From contig NIVC01000270.1 of assembly GCA_002269645.1 (NCBI GenBank), positions 1 to 64,000 on the forward strand: a stretch of 64,000 nt of DNA, read 5' to 3'. Below are positions 9,201-17,600 of the stretch, in pieces. Each line of letters begins with the position of its first letter. Positions within the stretch are counted from its first letter, which is position 1. Under the pieces are notes generated by a model, which had not been told where the DNA came from, made no database searches, and was given only the letters and a program-made list of their open reading frames with translations. The DNA comes from Macrostomum lignano. Lineage: Eukaryota. The translations under genes and the position numbers were made by a program.

Positions 9201-11762
9201 CACCGCCTACGCGACGCCAAACTTTATTCGTTGTGCGACCTTGCCGACGCGTTTTACCAAGTCCGACTAGACCCAGACAGCGCCAAATATACCGCCTTCA
9301 TCGCACCTAATGGCCTCCTTTTTCAGTTTAATCGCTTGCCACAGGGTCTGGCCGCATCTCCCAGCCTGATGTGTCGTCTAGTCGCTCTACTCACAGCAGA
9401 TTCACCTAATCTTATCGCCTACCTGGACGATGTACTCCTAATCGCAAAGGACTTTAATGGCATGCTGGGTGAACTCAGACATTTCTTGGCGAAACTCCGC
9501 CATCACGGTCTTCGTATCTCGCTTAGAAAATGCACCTTTGCAAAGAACGAAGTACAGTATCTAGGCTTTCAAGTGTCCGAACATGGAATCCGACCGGCAC
9601 CAGCGCTTGTCGAAAAAATTAAGAACTTCCCGGAACCTAAGACACCTAAGCAACTGCAGTCCTTCCTCGGACTTGCCAACTTTTATCGCTCGCATGTACA
9701 AGGATACTCTACGATTGTGACACCATTGCTTCGTGCTCTCAAAGACGCTCTGGCTACAAAAAGTTTGAAATGGACTACTACCACACAGACGGCCTTTGAC
9801 AACATCCGAAAGATTCTGTCAACTGATATTATACTAGTACATCCTGATCCTCGAAAGCCCTACGTGCTTCATACGGATGCCTCTGACTACTCTCTTGGTG
9901 CAGTCCTCTCTCAACACGATTCGCGTGGACATCTGCAACCCGTCGCTTACATCTCTAAAACTTTGACTCCGACGGAACAACGTTATCCTGCCATTGAGAG
10001 AGAAGCCTATGCTATCTATTGGGCGATTCGGAAGCTCCATGTTTTCCTATACGCCTCACACCTACCATTTACAGTGTTCACGGATCACCAACCGTTGCAA
10101 TCTCTGTTCACTGACAAACAGCCTCTCTCGAAACGACTGCAAAAGTGGATTCTACATCTACAGGATTACCAATTTTCGATCCACTATATTAAAGGCCGCT
10201 CAAACGCTGTAGCCGACTGCCTGTCCCGTATTCCTAGTGTGAATACTTTACATCCCATCCCAGCCTTTGACAACTTGCACGAAGCAGTAAACCAAGACCC
10301 ATTCTGTGCGACAGTGATAGCCACTCTACAGAACCAAAAAGACGACGTACTAACATCCATGTACAAGAACTTATCGAAAACAGAACAAAAACATCTGACG
10401 AAACATCTACACCACTTCTACTACACCAACGACACACTCTACTACGATCCATTGGAAGGTGACTCTCGTAGTCCTAACTCGTCGACACCACGTCTGGTGA
10501 TCCCAACCGCCTACAGAGACGCTCTCCTTCAGGAATGCCATTCCTCTCCATTTGGAGGACACCTTGGTCTTCAGAAAACCTTGTCCCGACTCAGCAAATT
10601 CTACTATTGGCCCAATTGCCACGCAGACGTGACAAGCTTCGTTAACAAATGCGAGATTTGTCAAAAAGCCAAATCAGGACCTCGACTGCGTTCAGAACAG
10701 AAAGCAATGAAATTCCGCAGTGTCTTCTCACACCTGGCTATTGATCTTGTAGGACCGTTACCACCGGCTCATTACATGCGAGATGTGTACAAGTACATCT
10801 TGACAGCTCAGTGTGGTGTTAGCAAATTTCTGTTCACGATACCACTGGCTGATACAACCACGTCTACTATTTGCAACCATTTGTTTCGACATGTCTTCGC
10901 GATAGCCGGACTTCCGGCCTGTCTGATTTCTGATAATGGACCACAGTTCATTTCCAAGGAGTTCCGCGAGTACATGGACACAATGGGAATCCGACTGATC
11001 TACACATCAGTCTATCAACCATCCAGCAATTTCGTAGAACGTGCCCACCGAAACCTCAAACAGACACTAACTACCTTTGTGCACGACAAGCCCGATCACT
11101 GGATCGAATATTTGCCAGCAGTGACTCTTGCGTTGAACACCGCAGCCCACACTGCCATGAAGGAATCGCCATTCTACCTGTTCTACGCCCGTGACTTCCT
11201 GGCACCCAGCACAAGAATCCTCGAAAATCAAATATCGATCTACACCGAGGAAATCCAACCAATCAGCTTGACCTGCTCAGCGATCACATTGGCCAGAGAA
11301 ATTGCTCTCCATCACCTACACTCTACAGCCGATCAACGGGCCCAGAAACAGAACGAAGAAAAAGCCCCTAATGCTCAAAAGCTCACCATAGGCTCCCGCT
11401 GTTACTTAGACATATCTGCTACTAAGCCGACAAAGTTCTCTAATCCGTTCCGAGGACCGATGCGAATTCTAAAATGGCTGAGCCCACAGAATGCGCTAAT
11501 CCAGGATATTAATAAGCTGACAGAGCCACCATTCGTAGTCCATGCCTCCAAGCTAAAACGTTCCCCTTTTCAACCACAAGAGGAACTCAATCTGCCGAAC
11601 TTCACATCATCGATACCACAGACTCACTTCGACCACCACCCGCCACTGGCACAGCATCACGCTACTCAGACTGACGTCGTGGATGAGCCTGACACTCGTG
11701 ATCAGCACGGACTAGAACCTATTCCAGCTGTGCGATATCATCTGCGCTCACGGGATGTGTGA
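3204..11762 (+). CDS. 2852-aa Gag-Env-like-Pol polyprotein
   Basis: Zinc knuckles CKFCHRIGHTTDRC (4389-4430) and CHFHNSDTHDTEEC (4587-4628); hydrophobic signal (5169-5240); TM (7647-7700); protease LIDSGAS (D at 8097); RT YLDD (9420-9431); RNase H LHTDAS (~9870); integrase HHCC plus D-D-E motifs IDLVGP / SDNGPQF / VERAHR (~10500-11100). No stops or frameshifts. Confidence 0.97.
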   Translation: MKLRSGTQLGQQQQQEPPAISTPNSASVAENPIDISGDSTGFCGHSTGIGGHSTGIGGHHTDDTQQQLTQTATPATFCHLPGLHQENTAIGTRDEEQPSELYEQQQEQHPPQPLLQPDHLNQNNANIQETESNVTMAEALMQQFINAVRDQQRPHAAIPASTINEIREGLKEIDQLHDFASFIMEYDLSARTFNLDENSKLRIFPRLLNDLLKIEYAALPAETQNDYTQLVRSLSDRIAVLTLGSTSALHHIANRRQLPGEPFIQYYTDIRRKLRAIYPEVSPLPPVDGENAPANQAVIDQRNEMFNKTLIGHILSGALPHLRVELLRNPLNTEQQLLNQAIRLEQIQQSSQLTAPNNVPADIEKRLAALECGTIKPKPIVAAIQGASNTREPPTCKFCHRIGHTTDRCYQDPRNARQQTANARQPRQADSKWTRNQPIQDRYRRGSDDPRSRDTGSPAKYCHFHNSDTHDTEECRTLHDIKQGRTTNNNPQRYNLGRRVQFQRNPTQRYQRERHSDSPNHGRSRTPSPRPPAAGVNSIQVVSNDPMPQLPTMDSPQQIVPPNSTPSAPQRLTEVPVAKSTATPTYALDRPIEYKFHGSTRQFKKLIRDSPSTLSVIHVQPYTTLSAAQPKLRKDMLRAQRQQVHVKRPLSQQKGRRLTGLTTLLVTLIWLSLFPTVQTTPLPSNPKQHPLYVDTPMLCPLDGPVRIFKIPQQIRCEQFTSSQDVTTPVHLQLYSTNLEQTRTPVSLCFREEISVNCLPMSQVLRSLRDAYVTLRPLTVAAQDCQHWTESYNSPDGQLQLVATTGNYKISRSNTGTSFLEDCYHRKARTQIVSTLIQGIIAFASPSKPMESLAFSMAHCSYSSQGCIIETTFDNMKRYNLPTTLLQNAWDTLDPPATQQLTVTGQRKLTLTWKTTSRSDCILTPFRQIRGNIHSGFFINEEQTLALTFKLPLQPFRLTCSIGTKRLYVSEQELYVEVLDNREEDFLKSIAIVQSTADDTTSNTTRSVKAADALTADSSSSSRQSRSLPDLLATTEQPSTTPIPTTVQAPTITSLPSQQTLDTASPTSEPTVTTTTIKKSTTTPLNLEITTPPTTTIATSTVQTPTTTMSLRKPQHTTSLQLKSTTLPTTVATTTVTSYSPLTTKTTTSTGITTEQLTPGPMSTTPTTILEPDPLNIPYLHRDQPPMLEHQDRIRRAIPPPDKTVNITNAELKLSENLVSAQLLSSQLQGLQSKTLLDLKKLHTQLTTTQCKMYALNLRYSRNLYYTNPTLAARQLFADKFIYAHSIAGYIFVHQCKPLSQFQFVQPRYSRDECYTRPPIQFQLHNKSVLGFLDTTTSIISTARPPLISCRYLRDYYLPKGEFIYKATANFSSFSPIEAQNRSDETYLLQSLYSDIRQSIFTPLGDVNYSALRSPVTITDMMESFIQTRDFLITVFKLNNATGRLHKDEFKQFGLNALEAYQNLWTSTFFSWERFQQNHMEKFLFSSAVIVYAALLIFLCNIGRICVANTLTYGRTHRLMVMRTTDPSPQQNRSPQRLPTTSDHVSLVPLVLTSPSRRNTKATAPSAPPMELEERQPAIPSTSSRTDSRLYPTLQHWPVAYNTVLKHLTMRTLITLWCTSPRMTKCKCTALIDSGASISCVSPTFAQKLQADILPCKIRVQCAGGQLLNVTKQAKFSMIIGSSNRKITAYILEAMPPDYDLILGVETFKSLGIPLSIDYAKSEAQIDGTSFPILNTYTATEVAEVYLPKQTHIPAQSTTWIQANIDTTYPKRQPVLFIPKDHTIQRYKLLIASCLTLTDETGNSILIQIANPSLQPVTLYAQTRLGSLSDPAEYTPVTSKPTATVNTISTSHARPETDRQLIEQQTRPNNSHLTPEQATRLCDLLLEYRDTLALLPTDMGCTTQYTATINVQPHTHPITSRPFPIAHGLQERFDQLIENFIHKGILSPSESEYSSPCLLVEKKTLDEQGRRQLRLVVDFRRLNRILTTPSIRPPRIPDLLHRLRDAKLYSLCDLADAFYQVRLDPDSAKYTAFIAPNGLLFQFNRLPQGLAASPSLMCRLVALLTADSPNLIAYLDDVLLIAKDFNGMLGELRHFLAKLRHHGLRISLRKCTFAKNEVQYLGFQVSEHGIRPAPALVEKIKNFPEPKTPKQLQSFLGLANFYRSHVQGYSTIVTPLLRALKDALATKSLKWTTTTQTAFDNIRKILSTDIILVHPDPRKPYVLHTDASDYSLGAVLSQHDSRGHLQPVAYISKTLTPTEQRYPAIEREAYAIYWAIRKLHVFLYASHLPFTVFTDHQPLQSLFTDKQPLSKRLQKWILHLQDYQFSIHYIKGRSNAVADCLSRIPSVNTLHPIPAFDNLHEAVNQDPFCATVIATLQNQKDDVLTSMYKNLSKTEQKHLTKHLHHFYYTNDTLYYDPLEGDSRSPNSSTPRLVIPTAYRDALLQECHSSPFGGHLGLQKTLSRLSKFYYWPNCHADVTSFVNKCEICQKAKSGPRLRSEQKAMKFRSVFSHLAIDLVGPLPPAHYMRDVYKYILTAQCGVSKFLFTIPLADTTTSTICNHLFRHVFAIAGLPACLISDNGPQFISKEFREYMDTMGIRLIYTSVYQPSSNFVERAHRNLKQTLTTFVHDKPDHWIEYLPAVTLALNTAAHTAMKESPFYLFYARDFLAPSTRILENQISIYTEEIQPISLTCSAITLAREIALHHLHSTADQRAQKQNEEKAPNAQKLTIGSRCYLDISATKPTKFSNPFRGPMRILKWLSPQNALIQDINKLTEPPFVVHASKLKRSPFQPQEELNLPNFTSSIPQTHFDHHPPLAQHHATQTDVVDEPDTRDQHGLEPIPAVRYHLRSRDV
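5169..7700 (+). other. Envelope-like glycoprotein region within the polyprotein (putative class III / gB-type fusogen)
   Basis: Basic n-region plus hydrophobic h-region, Cys-rich ectodomain (PMLCP...IRC), Thr-rich insert, RIRR site, motif C..Y...NPTLAARQLF...A...G..FVHQC...ECY..PP...GFLD...I...C, 7 N-glycosylation sequons and a C-terminal TM helix. Confidence 0.8.
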
Positions 11763-13460
11763 ATCAATACGCGGCAGTTGATTATCGATGGACAGTTGAT
11801 TATCGATACGTTTTGAAAATTATTTTCGTTTATATTATTTCTATTAGTTTTATAATTATATATTATATCTTTCTTCCTCTTAAATCGCAATTTATCATTT
11901 TCCGCTTCAACTTATCTATCTTCGTTAGATAATTTCCTTGACAATACGCTACTCTTTTGCTACTCACAGTAGAAATGTCAGTTCTCAACACTCTTATCAA
12001 AATTATTGTTTTATTCTGTTGTCGTCAAACGCTTTAGCCCTACATTTTATTTGCTTACCTTTAATTACTTTCACTCACCCTTGAAAAAATTTATCAGAAC
12101 CATCTTCTCTACTCTTGCTCACCCACGTGAACTCAATGATCTTTTCTTTCGTCACCTCATAATCCCTATTCGGTCTTTTGTAAGACCACGCGTTACCCGG
12201 ATCTACACAGCCGTCCCGCTCTACACTGCAATCCGGCTCTACACGCTGCCCTGACCGAAATTCAGCTTCGACTCTGTTCAACACCAACCCGGCCCACTGC
12301 CCAGCCATATCTACTACTTGCAAACAACCTGCTATGCTCCGAATTAACAGACTACATGCCTGCTACCGACAACTACGGCTAACTACGAACTACGACACCG
12401 GCCTGACTACAGAAACCCTACTGGCTGCAACAAAACTAAGACGAACAGCACTATCTGACACGTGGTGGCCTTGAAAAAGGCCGTTTTGACGTTGGCGCCC
12501 AAAGGACGCAGAAGACTTGGCAGACCAACTGTGCCGTTACACCGCAGTCTCCTGGACACGGGCAGTTGCAGCGGGCCGCAATTTTGCGCGACAACAGCGG
12601 CTCCAGCAGCCAAAGCAGCAACAACACTTGCAGCAACAACAGCAGGCTACAAACGCCGCCACTAGCAGTAACAGCAGCAGCAGCATGATGGCGACGACCG
12701 CGCTGATGGAAATGAAGTACGCGTGCCGCCCCTGGAGAATACCAGCCGCGATCTCTGTAATTTGCTCTCTTCCCAAAGACAGACCAGCCATTGACTAATC
12801 TAACTTGAATGAAAAACGAGCTATATCGAAACTTAAAAACAATTGCGGACAAAACCTGAACTAGAAAATTCCCTCCCTATCGTTTTTTATCTTATTTATA
12901 CCACGCGACTCCATCCTTTCCTTTGAATTAGCTTCAGTGTACACTCACGCGCTCTACGAACACCCACCCCAAGTCAATAATCTCTTCGACCCCACGTACA
13001 ATGTACATTCCACACCCTTGATTAAAAATAGCTTTCTTTTTCACCTTGCGTCCCAGTCGTTTCTTTAATAATCTCAATTTCGTTTGACTGTCCTTTACTC
13101 AATTTTATTTATACCTCTAACTTTACTTGTTGCCTATTTTCGTCCATCTGAAAATTCTCTGTTTTATCTGTCTTTGTCTGTTTTAGCAAACCCTTTAATA
13201 AGCCACTTTTGAAACTTATTTTATCCTCCTTGCTATTCCTCTGTTCATTTAACTTTGGTTTCAACAGCTTTACTCTAATATTTAAGACCCTTTCCTAAGC
13301 CATGCTCTATGCTTATTTTCACCATTTTACTCACCACTTTATCCACTTTCTCTAGCCTACACCTTGCGCCTCGTATGCAAGTAGCATTAGTTACAACTTC
13401 ACTAATAATCCAACACCTGTTTTCTTTTGCTTATGCCGCTCGGTGGGCCTTCGCTTTGTG

Positions 13461-13472
13461 AAATAAGGGCAA
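13461..13472 (+). promoter_or_regulatory. Polypurine-tract-like sequence AAATAAGGGCAA
   Basis: Purine-rich 12-mer abutting the 3' LTR. Confidence 0.65.
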
Positions 13473-14049
13473 TGAAGTGATCTTAATTTAAGCATGTTAT
13501 GCCCAATGTTATTTTTTAGTCTAATGCGAACTTCAGAAGGTTTTTCTATCAGGAAAGTACAGCACATGCTTGTGCACCAGTAAAGATCCTATTGCGTGAA
13601 GCGAACACCAATGAAATGCGTTATAGAAATCATATATATACTAGCGTTCAGTGAGAATGAAGCCTCTCTCCAGTTTTTTCCCGGTTCTCGGCTCTCCGCC
13701 TCTTTGCCTCCCAACTGCTCCGCTAGCTTGCCCCAACAATCGGGCCTGAACTCTAATATCCCGATTTAACAGAGATAAATCCGGACAAACGTCAATTCGT
13801 GCAACAATATCGATAAGTAGCCTGTGGCTCCATTTTCACTGAATTGCTTAACAAATTTGCGTAATTGCGTGATCAATATCCTATTAGGAATTGCTACTAA
13901 CATTGATTAGTAATAAAAATCTTGTTGAAGGTTAGAGATCGAGAGAAACAAATCGAACCTCCGACTTATTTGATTCAACAGCAACATCAACGATCATAGT
14001 CATCGTCAGAGGGGCACACCCCCGCAACACATTATTCTAAAACATTTGA
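13473..14049 (+). repeat. 3' LTR (577 bp)
   Basis: Direct repeat of 683-1257, followed by ATAT and resumption of the 15-bp array. Confidence 0.95.
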
Positions 14050-14610
14050 ATATTTGGACATGGGATATTTGGACATGGGATATTTGGACATGGGATATTT
14101 GGACATGGGATATTTGGACATGGGGTATTCAGACATGGGATATCTGGACATGGGATATTTGGACATGGGATATTTGGACATGGGATATTTGGACATGGGA
14201 TATTTGGACATGGGATATTTGGACATGGGATATTTGGACATGGGATATTTGGACATGGGATATTTGGACATGGGATATTTGGACATGGGATATTTGGACA
14301 TGGGATATTTGGACATGGGATATTTGGACATGGGATATTTGGACATGGGATATTTGGACATGGGATATTTGGACATGGGATATTTGGACATGGGATATTT
14401 GGACATGGGATATTTGGACATGGGATATTTGGACATGGGATATTTGGACATGGGATATTTGGACATGGGATATTTGGACATGGGATATTTGGACATGGGA
14501 TATTTGGACATGGGATATTTGGACATGGGATATTTGGACATGGGATATTTGGACATGGGATATTTGGACATGGGATATTTGGACATGGGATATTTGGACA
14601 TGGGATATTT
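14050..14610. repeat. 15-bp minisatellite (ggacatgggatattt)n, right half
   Basis: About 37 nearly perfect copies. Confidence 0.97.
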
Positions 14611-14661
14611 ATGGCGATATGGCATATTGAAATGCCAGGGCACACATCAAAATGCTCGTAC

Positions 14662-17600
14662 TTGGCTGCAAGCTGCTGGGCCTCCCGCTGCAGAGTTTCA
14701 ACTTCCTGCCTCGCCTGCAGCGCCTCAGTCGCAGATCTGGCCGCCTGATCCTCAGCCGAGCGCAGTTGCCGTTCCAATTCGCGCTGGGCTTTCTCCCGCT
14801 TCTCCGCCTGGCCTTTCAATGCCGACCGTTCGGTCTCCAGCTCGGCGACTCGCTCCTCCGACCGGCGGGCCCAGCGTCGGTTCTCCTCGGCATCGTCCAG
14901 GCTGGCGCGAAGTTTTGCCTCCAGCTCCGAGCGGGCCCGAGCCTCCAGCTTGGCCTCGTCGTCTTGGCGAGCCAGCCGGTCCTCGGCGACCAGCGCCCGC
15001 TCCTGCAGCCTGGCTAGTTCAGCTTGGCACTCCTGCAGCCGGCCGCGCAGACCGTCAGCCGCTGTTTGCGATCGTTGAACAGCCGATTGAAGGGCCGATC
15101 GCTGCTGCTCAGCCTGACGATGAGCGGTTCGCTCTGAGCACAGCTGCAATTCGCGTTCGCCAAGTTGCTCCTGCAATTCTGAGCGCTCGTTTTCTAGCGC
15201 CGATTGGCGCGCCCGGCTGGCGCGGATCTCCGCCGACTGCCGCTCCCGATCGGCCTCGGACTGACGCAGCGCTGATTGGCTCTGAGCGGGTTCGGATTGG
15301 CGAGTTGGGGATTTTATAGAAACACAGGGCTCTGTAAGGCCGCTTTCATTAGGGGCTTTTGAGCACGACAATTGGCCAGAGGGTTGTCATGCGATTCACA
15401 GCCATGAGGGCCAGCCCCCCCCCCCAAAGGCACAAAGTGTACATGCTTGACGATTAGACAGTCACTGCCGCTGCACACTGTGTGCGCGTGTGCATGAGTG
15501 CGTGCCTGCGCAGTGTTGTCGCGCTTGTATGTGCTCAGGACCCGCGGAATGGGCAGAATTGCCCCAGCGCTAGTTGCGTAGGACGATGTCGCCGAAGACA
15601 TTGCGCCAGGGTGACTGAAGTGCCCGAAGACTGTCCGACACTAGACTCAGAGCACTCTCCGACAATAGACTCAGAGCACTCTCCGACACTAGACTCAGAG
15701 CACTCTCCGACAATAGACTCAGAGCACTCTCCGACACTAGACTCAGAGCACTCTCCGACACTAGACTCAGAGCACTCTCCGACACTAGACTCAGAGCACT
15801 CTCCGACATTAGACTCAGAGCACTCTCCGACACTAGACTCAGAGCACTCTCCGACATTAGACTCAGAGCACTCTCCGACACTAGACTCAGAGCACTCTCC
15901 GACACTAGACTCAGAGCACTCTCCGACACTAGACTTAGAGAACTCTCCGATATTTGACTCATAGCACTCTCCGACACTAGACTCAGAGCACTCTCCGACA
16001 CTAGACTCATAGCACTCTCCGACACTAGACTCAGAGAACTCTCCGACACTAGACTCATAGCACTCTCCGACACTAGACTCAGAGCACTCTCCGACACTAG
16101 ACTCAGAGCACTCTCCGACATTAGACTCAGAGCACTATCCGACACTAGACTCAGAGCACTCTCCGACACTAGACTCAGAGCACTCTCCGACAATAGACTC
16201 AGAGAACTCTCCAACACTAGACTTAGAGAACTCTCCGATATTTGACTCATAGCACTCTCCGACACTAGACTCAGAGCACTCTCCGACACTAGACTCATAG
16301 CACTCTCCGACACTAGACTCAGAGAACTCTCCGACACTAGACTCATAGCACTCTCCGACACTAGACTCAGAGCACTCTCCGACACTAGACTCAGAGCACT
16401 CTCCGACACTAGACTCAGAGAACTCTCCGACACTAGACTTAGAGAACTCTCCGACATTAGACTCAGAGCACTCTCCGACACTAGACTCAGAGCACTCTCC
16501 GACACTAGACTCAGAGAACTCTCCGACACTAGACTTAGAGAAATCTCCGATATTAGACTCATTGCACTCTCCGACACTAGACTCATAGCACTCTCCGACA
16601 CTAGACTCAGAGCACTCTCCGACACTAGACTCAGAGCACTCTCCGACACTAGACTCAGAGAACTCTCCGACACTAGACTTAGAGAAATCTCCGATATTAG
16701 ACTCATTGCACTCTCCGACACTAGACTCATAGCACTCTCCGACACTAGACTCATAGCACTCTCCGACACTAGACTTAGAGAAATCTCCGATATTAGACTC
16801 ATTGCACTCTCCGACACTAGACTTAGAGAAATCTCCGATATTAGACTCATTGCACTCTCCGACACTAGACTCATAGCACTCTCCGACACTAGACTCATAG
16901 CACTCTCCGACACTAGACTTAGAGAAATCTCCGATATTAGACTCATTGCACTCTCCGACACTAGACTCAGAGAACTCTCCGACACTAGACTCAGAGAACT
17001 CTCCGACACTAGACTCAGAGAACTCTCCGACACTAGACTCAGAGGACCCTATACCCGTTCTCGTTCAGCTCTGCTTCTTAGAAGGTACAATAGAACTTCT
17101 ACAGAACAATAGACAGATTAGCAGCCCACCTGCTTCAAAGCCGCCTCCGCCTCGGCCAACTTGGTGCCCCGATCGGCCAACTGACTGACAGTCCGGTCGT
17201 GAATTGCTTTCAAATTGGCCGTCTCGGCCAGGCAGGAGGTCAGCGCCTCCTCCAATTCTGTCACGCGTCCGGTGGCTGCGTCGGCCCGGGATTCCAGCTC
17301 GGCCATGGCTGCCTGGCTCGCCTCGCCTAGCCGGCCAAGCTCGGCCTCGATGGCGGCCGATTTCCGTTCGGCTGTCCGGGCTGCCTGGCCAAGGTCGCGG
17401 TTCTCGCGGCCCAGCTCGGCTAGGCGGCGGTCAGCGTCAGCCGCGGCCGCTCTGACCGACTGTGGAGGATTTGGGAATACGAAGATGGGAGTTAAGCCGA
17501 AGGAAGGGTTGTTAATTCAGTAAGTAAGAGAGATTAAAAATCTGGGAGGAATTAAAAACCCGGTAGAATTTGGTAAAAGGGATTAACGAACCGGTAGAAG

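Larger units (their letters stand above)
683..14049 (+). mobile_element. Full-length Ty3/Gypsy LTR retrotransposon (13,367 bp) with an env-like module inside its polyprotein
   Basis: Near-identical LTRs 683-1257 and 13473-14049; ATAT target-site duplication (679-682 and 14050-14053); PBS at 1259; purine-rich tract before the 3' LTR; single ORF in PR-RT-RH-IN (Gypsy) order. Confidence 0.97.

Noticed and set aside
11773-11810. Short tandem duplication cagttgattatcgat after the polyprotein stop
   Set aside because: Two copies only; no function can be inferred.
14032-14643. Long ORFs such as (MSKYP)n, (WDIWT)n and (MGYLD)n
   Set aside because: Translations of the 15-bp minisatellite; the unit is a multiple of 3 without stops.
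14037-14661. (PCPNI)n tail of the 444-aa coiled-coil ORF
   Set aside because: Read-through past the probable splice donor into the minisatellite.
15570-17033. 487-aa (SLVSESAL)n ORF
   Set aside because: Translation of an intronic 24-bp minisatellite between two well-defined exons.
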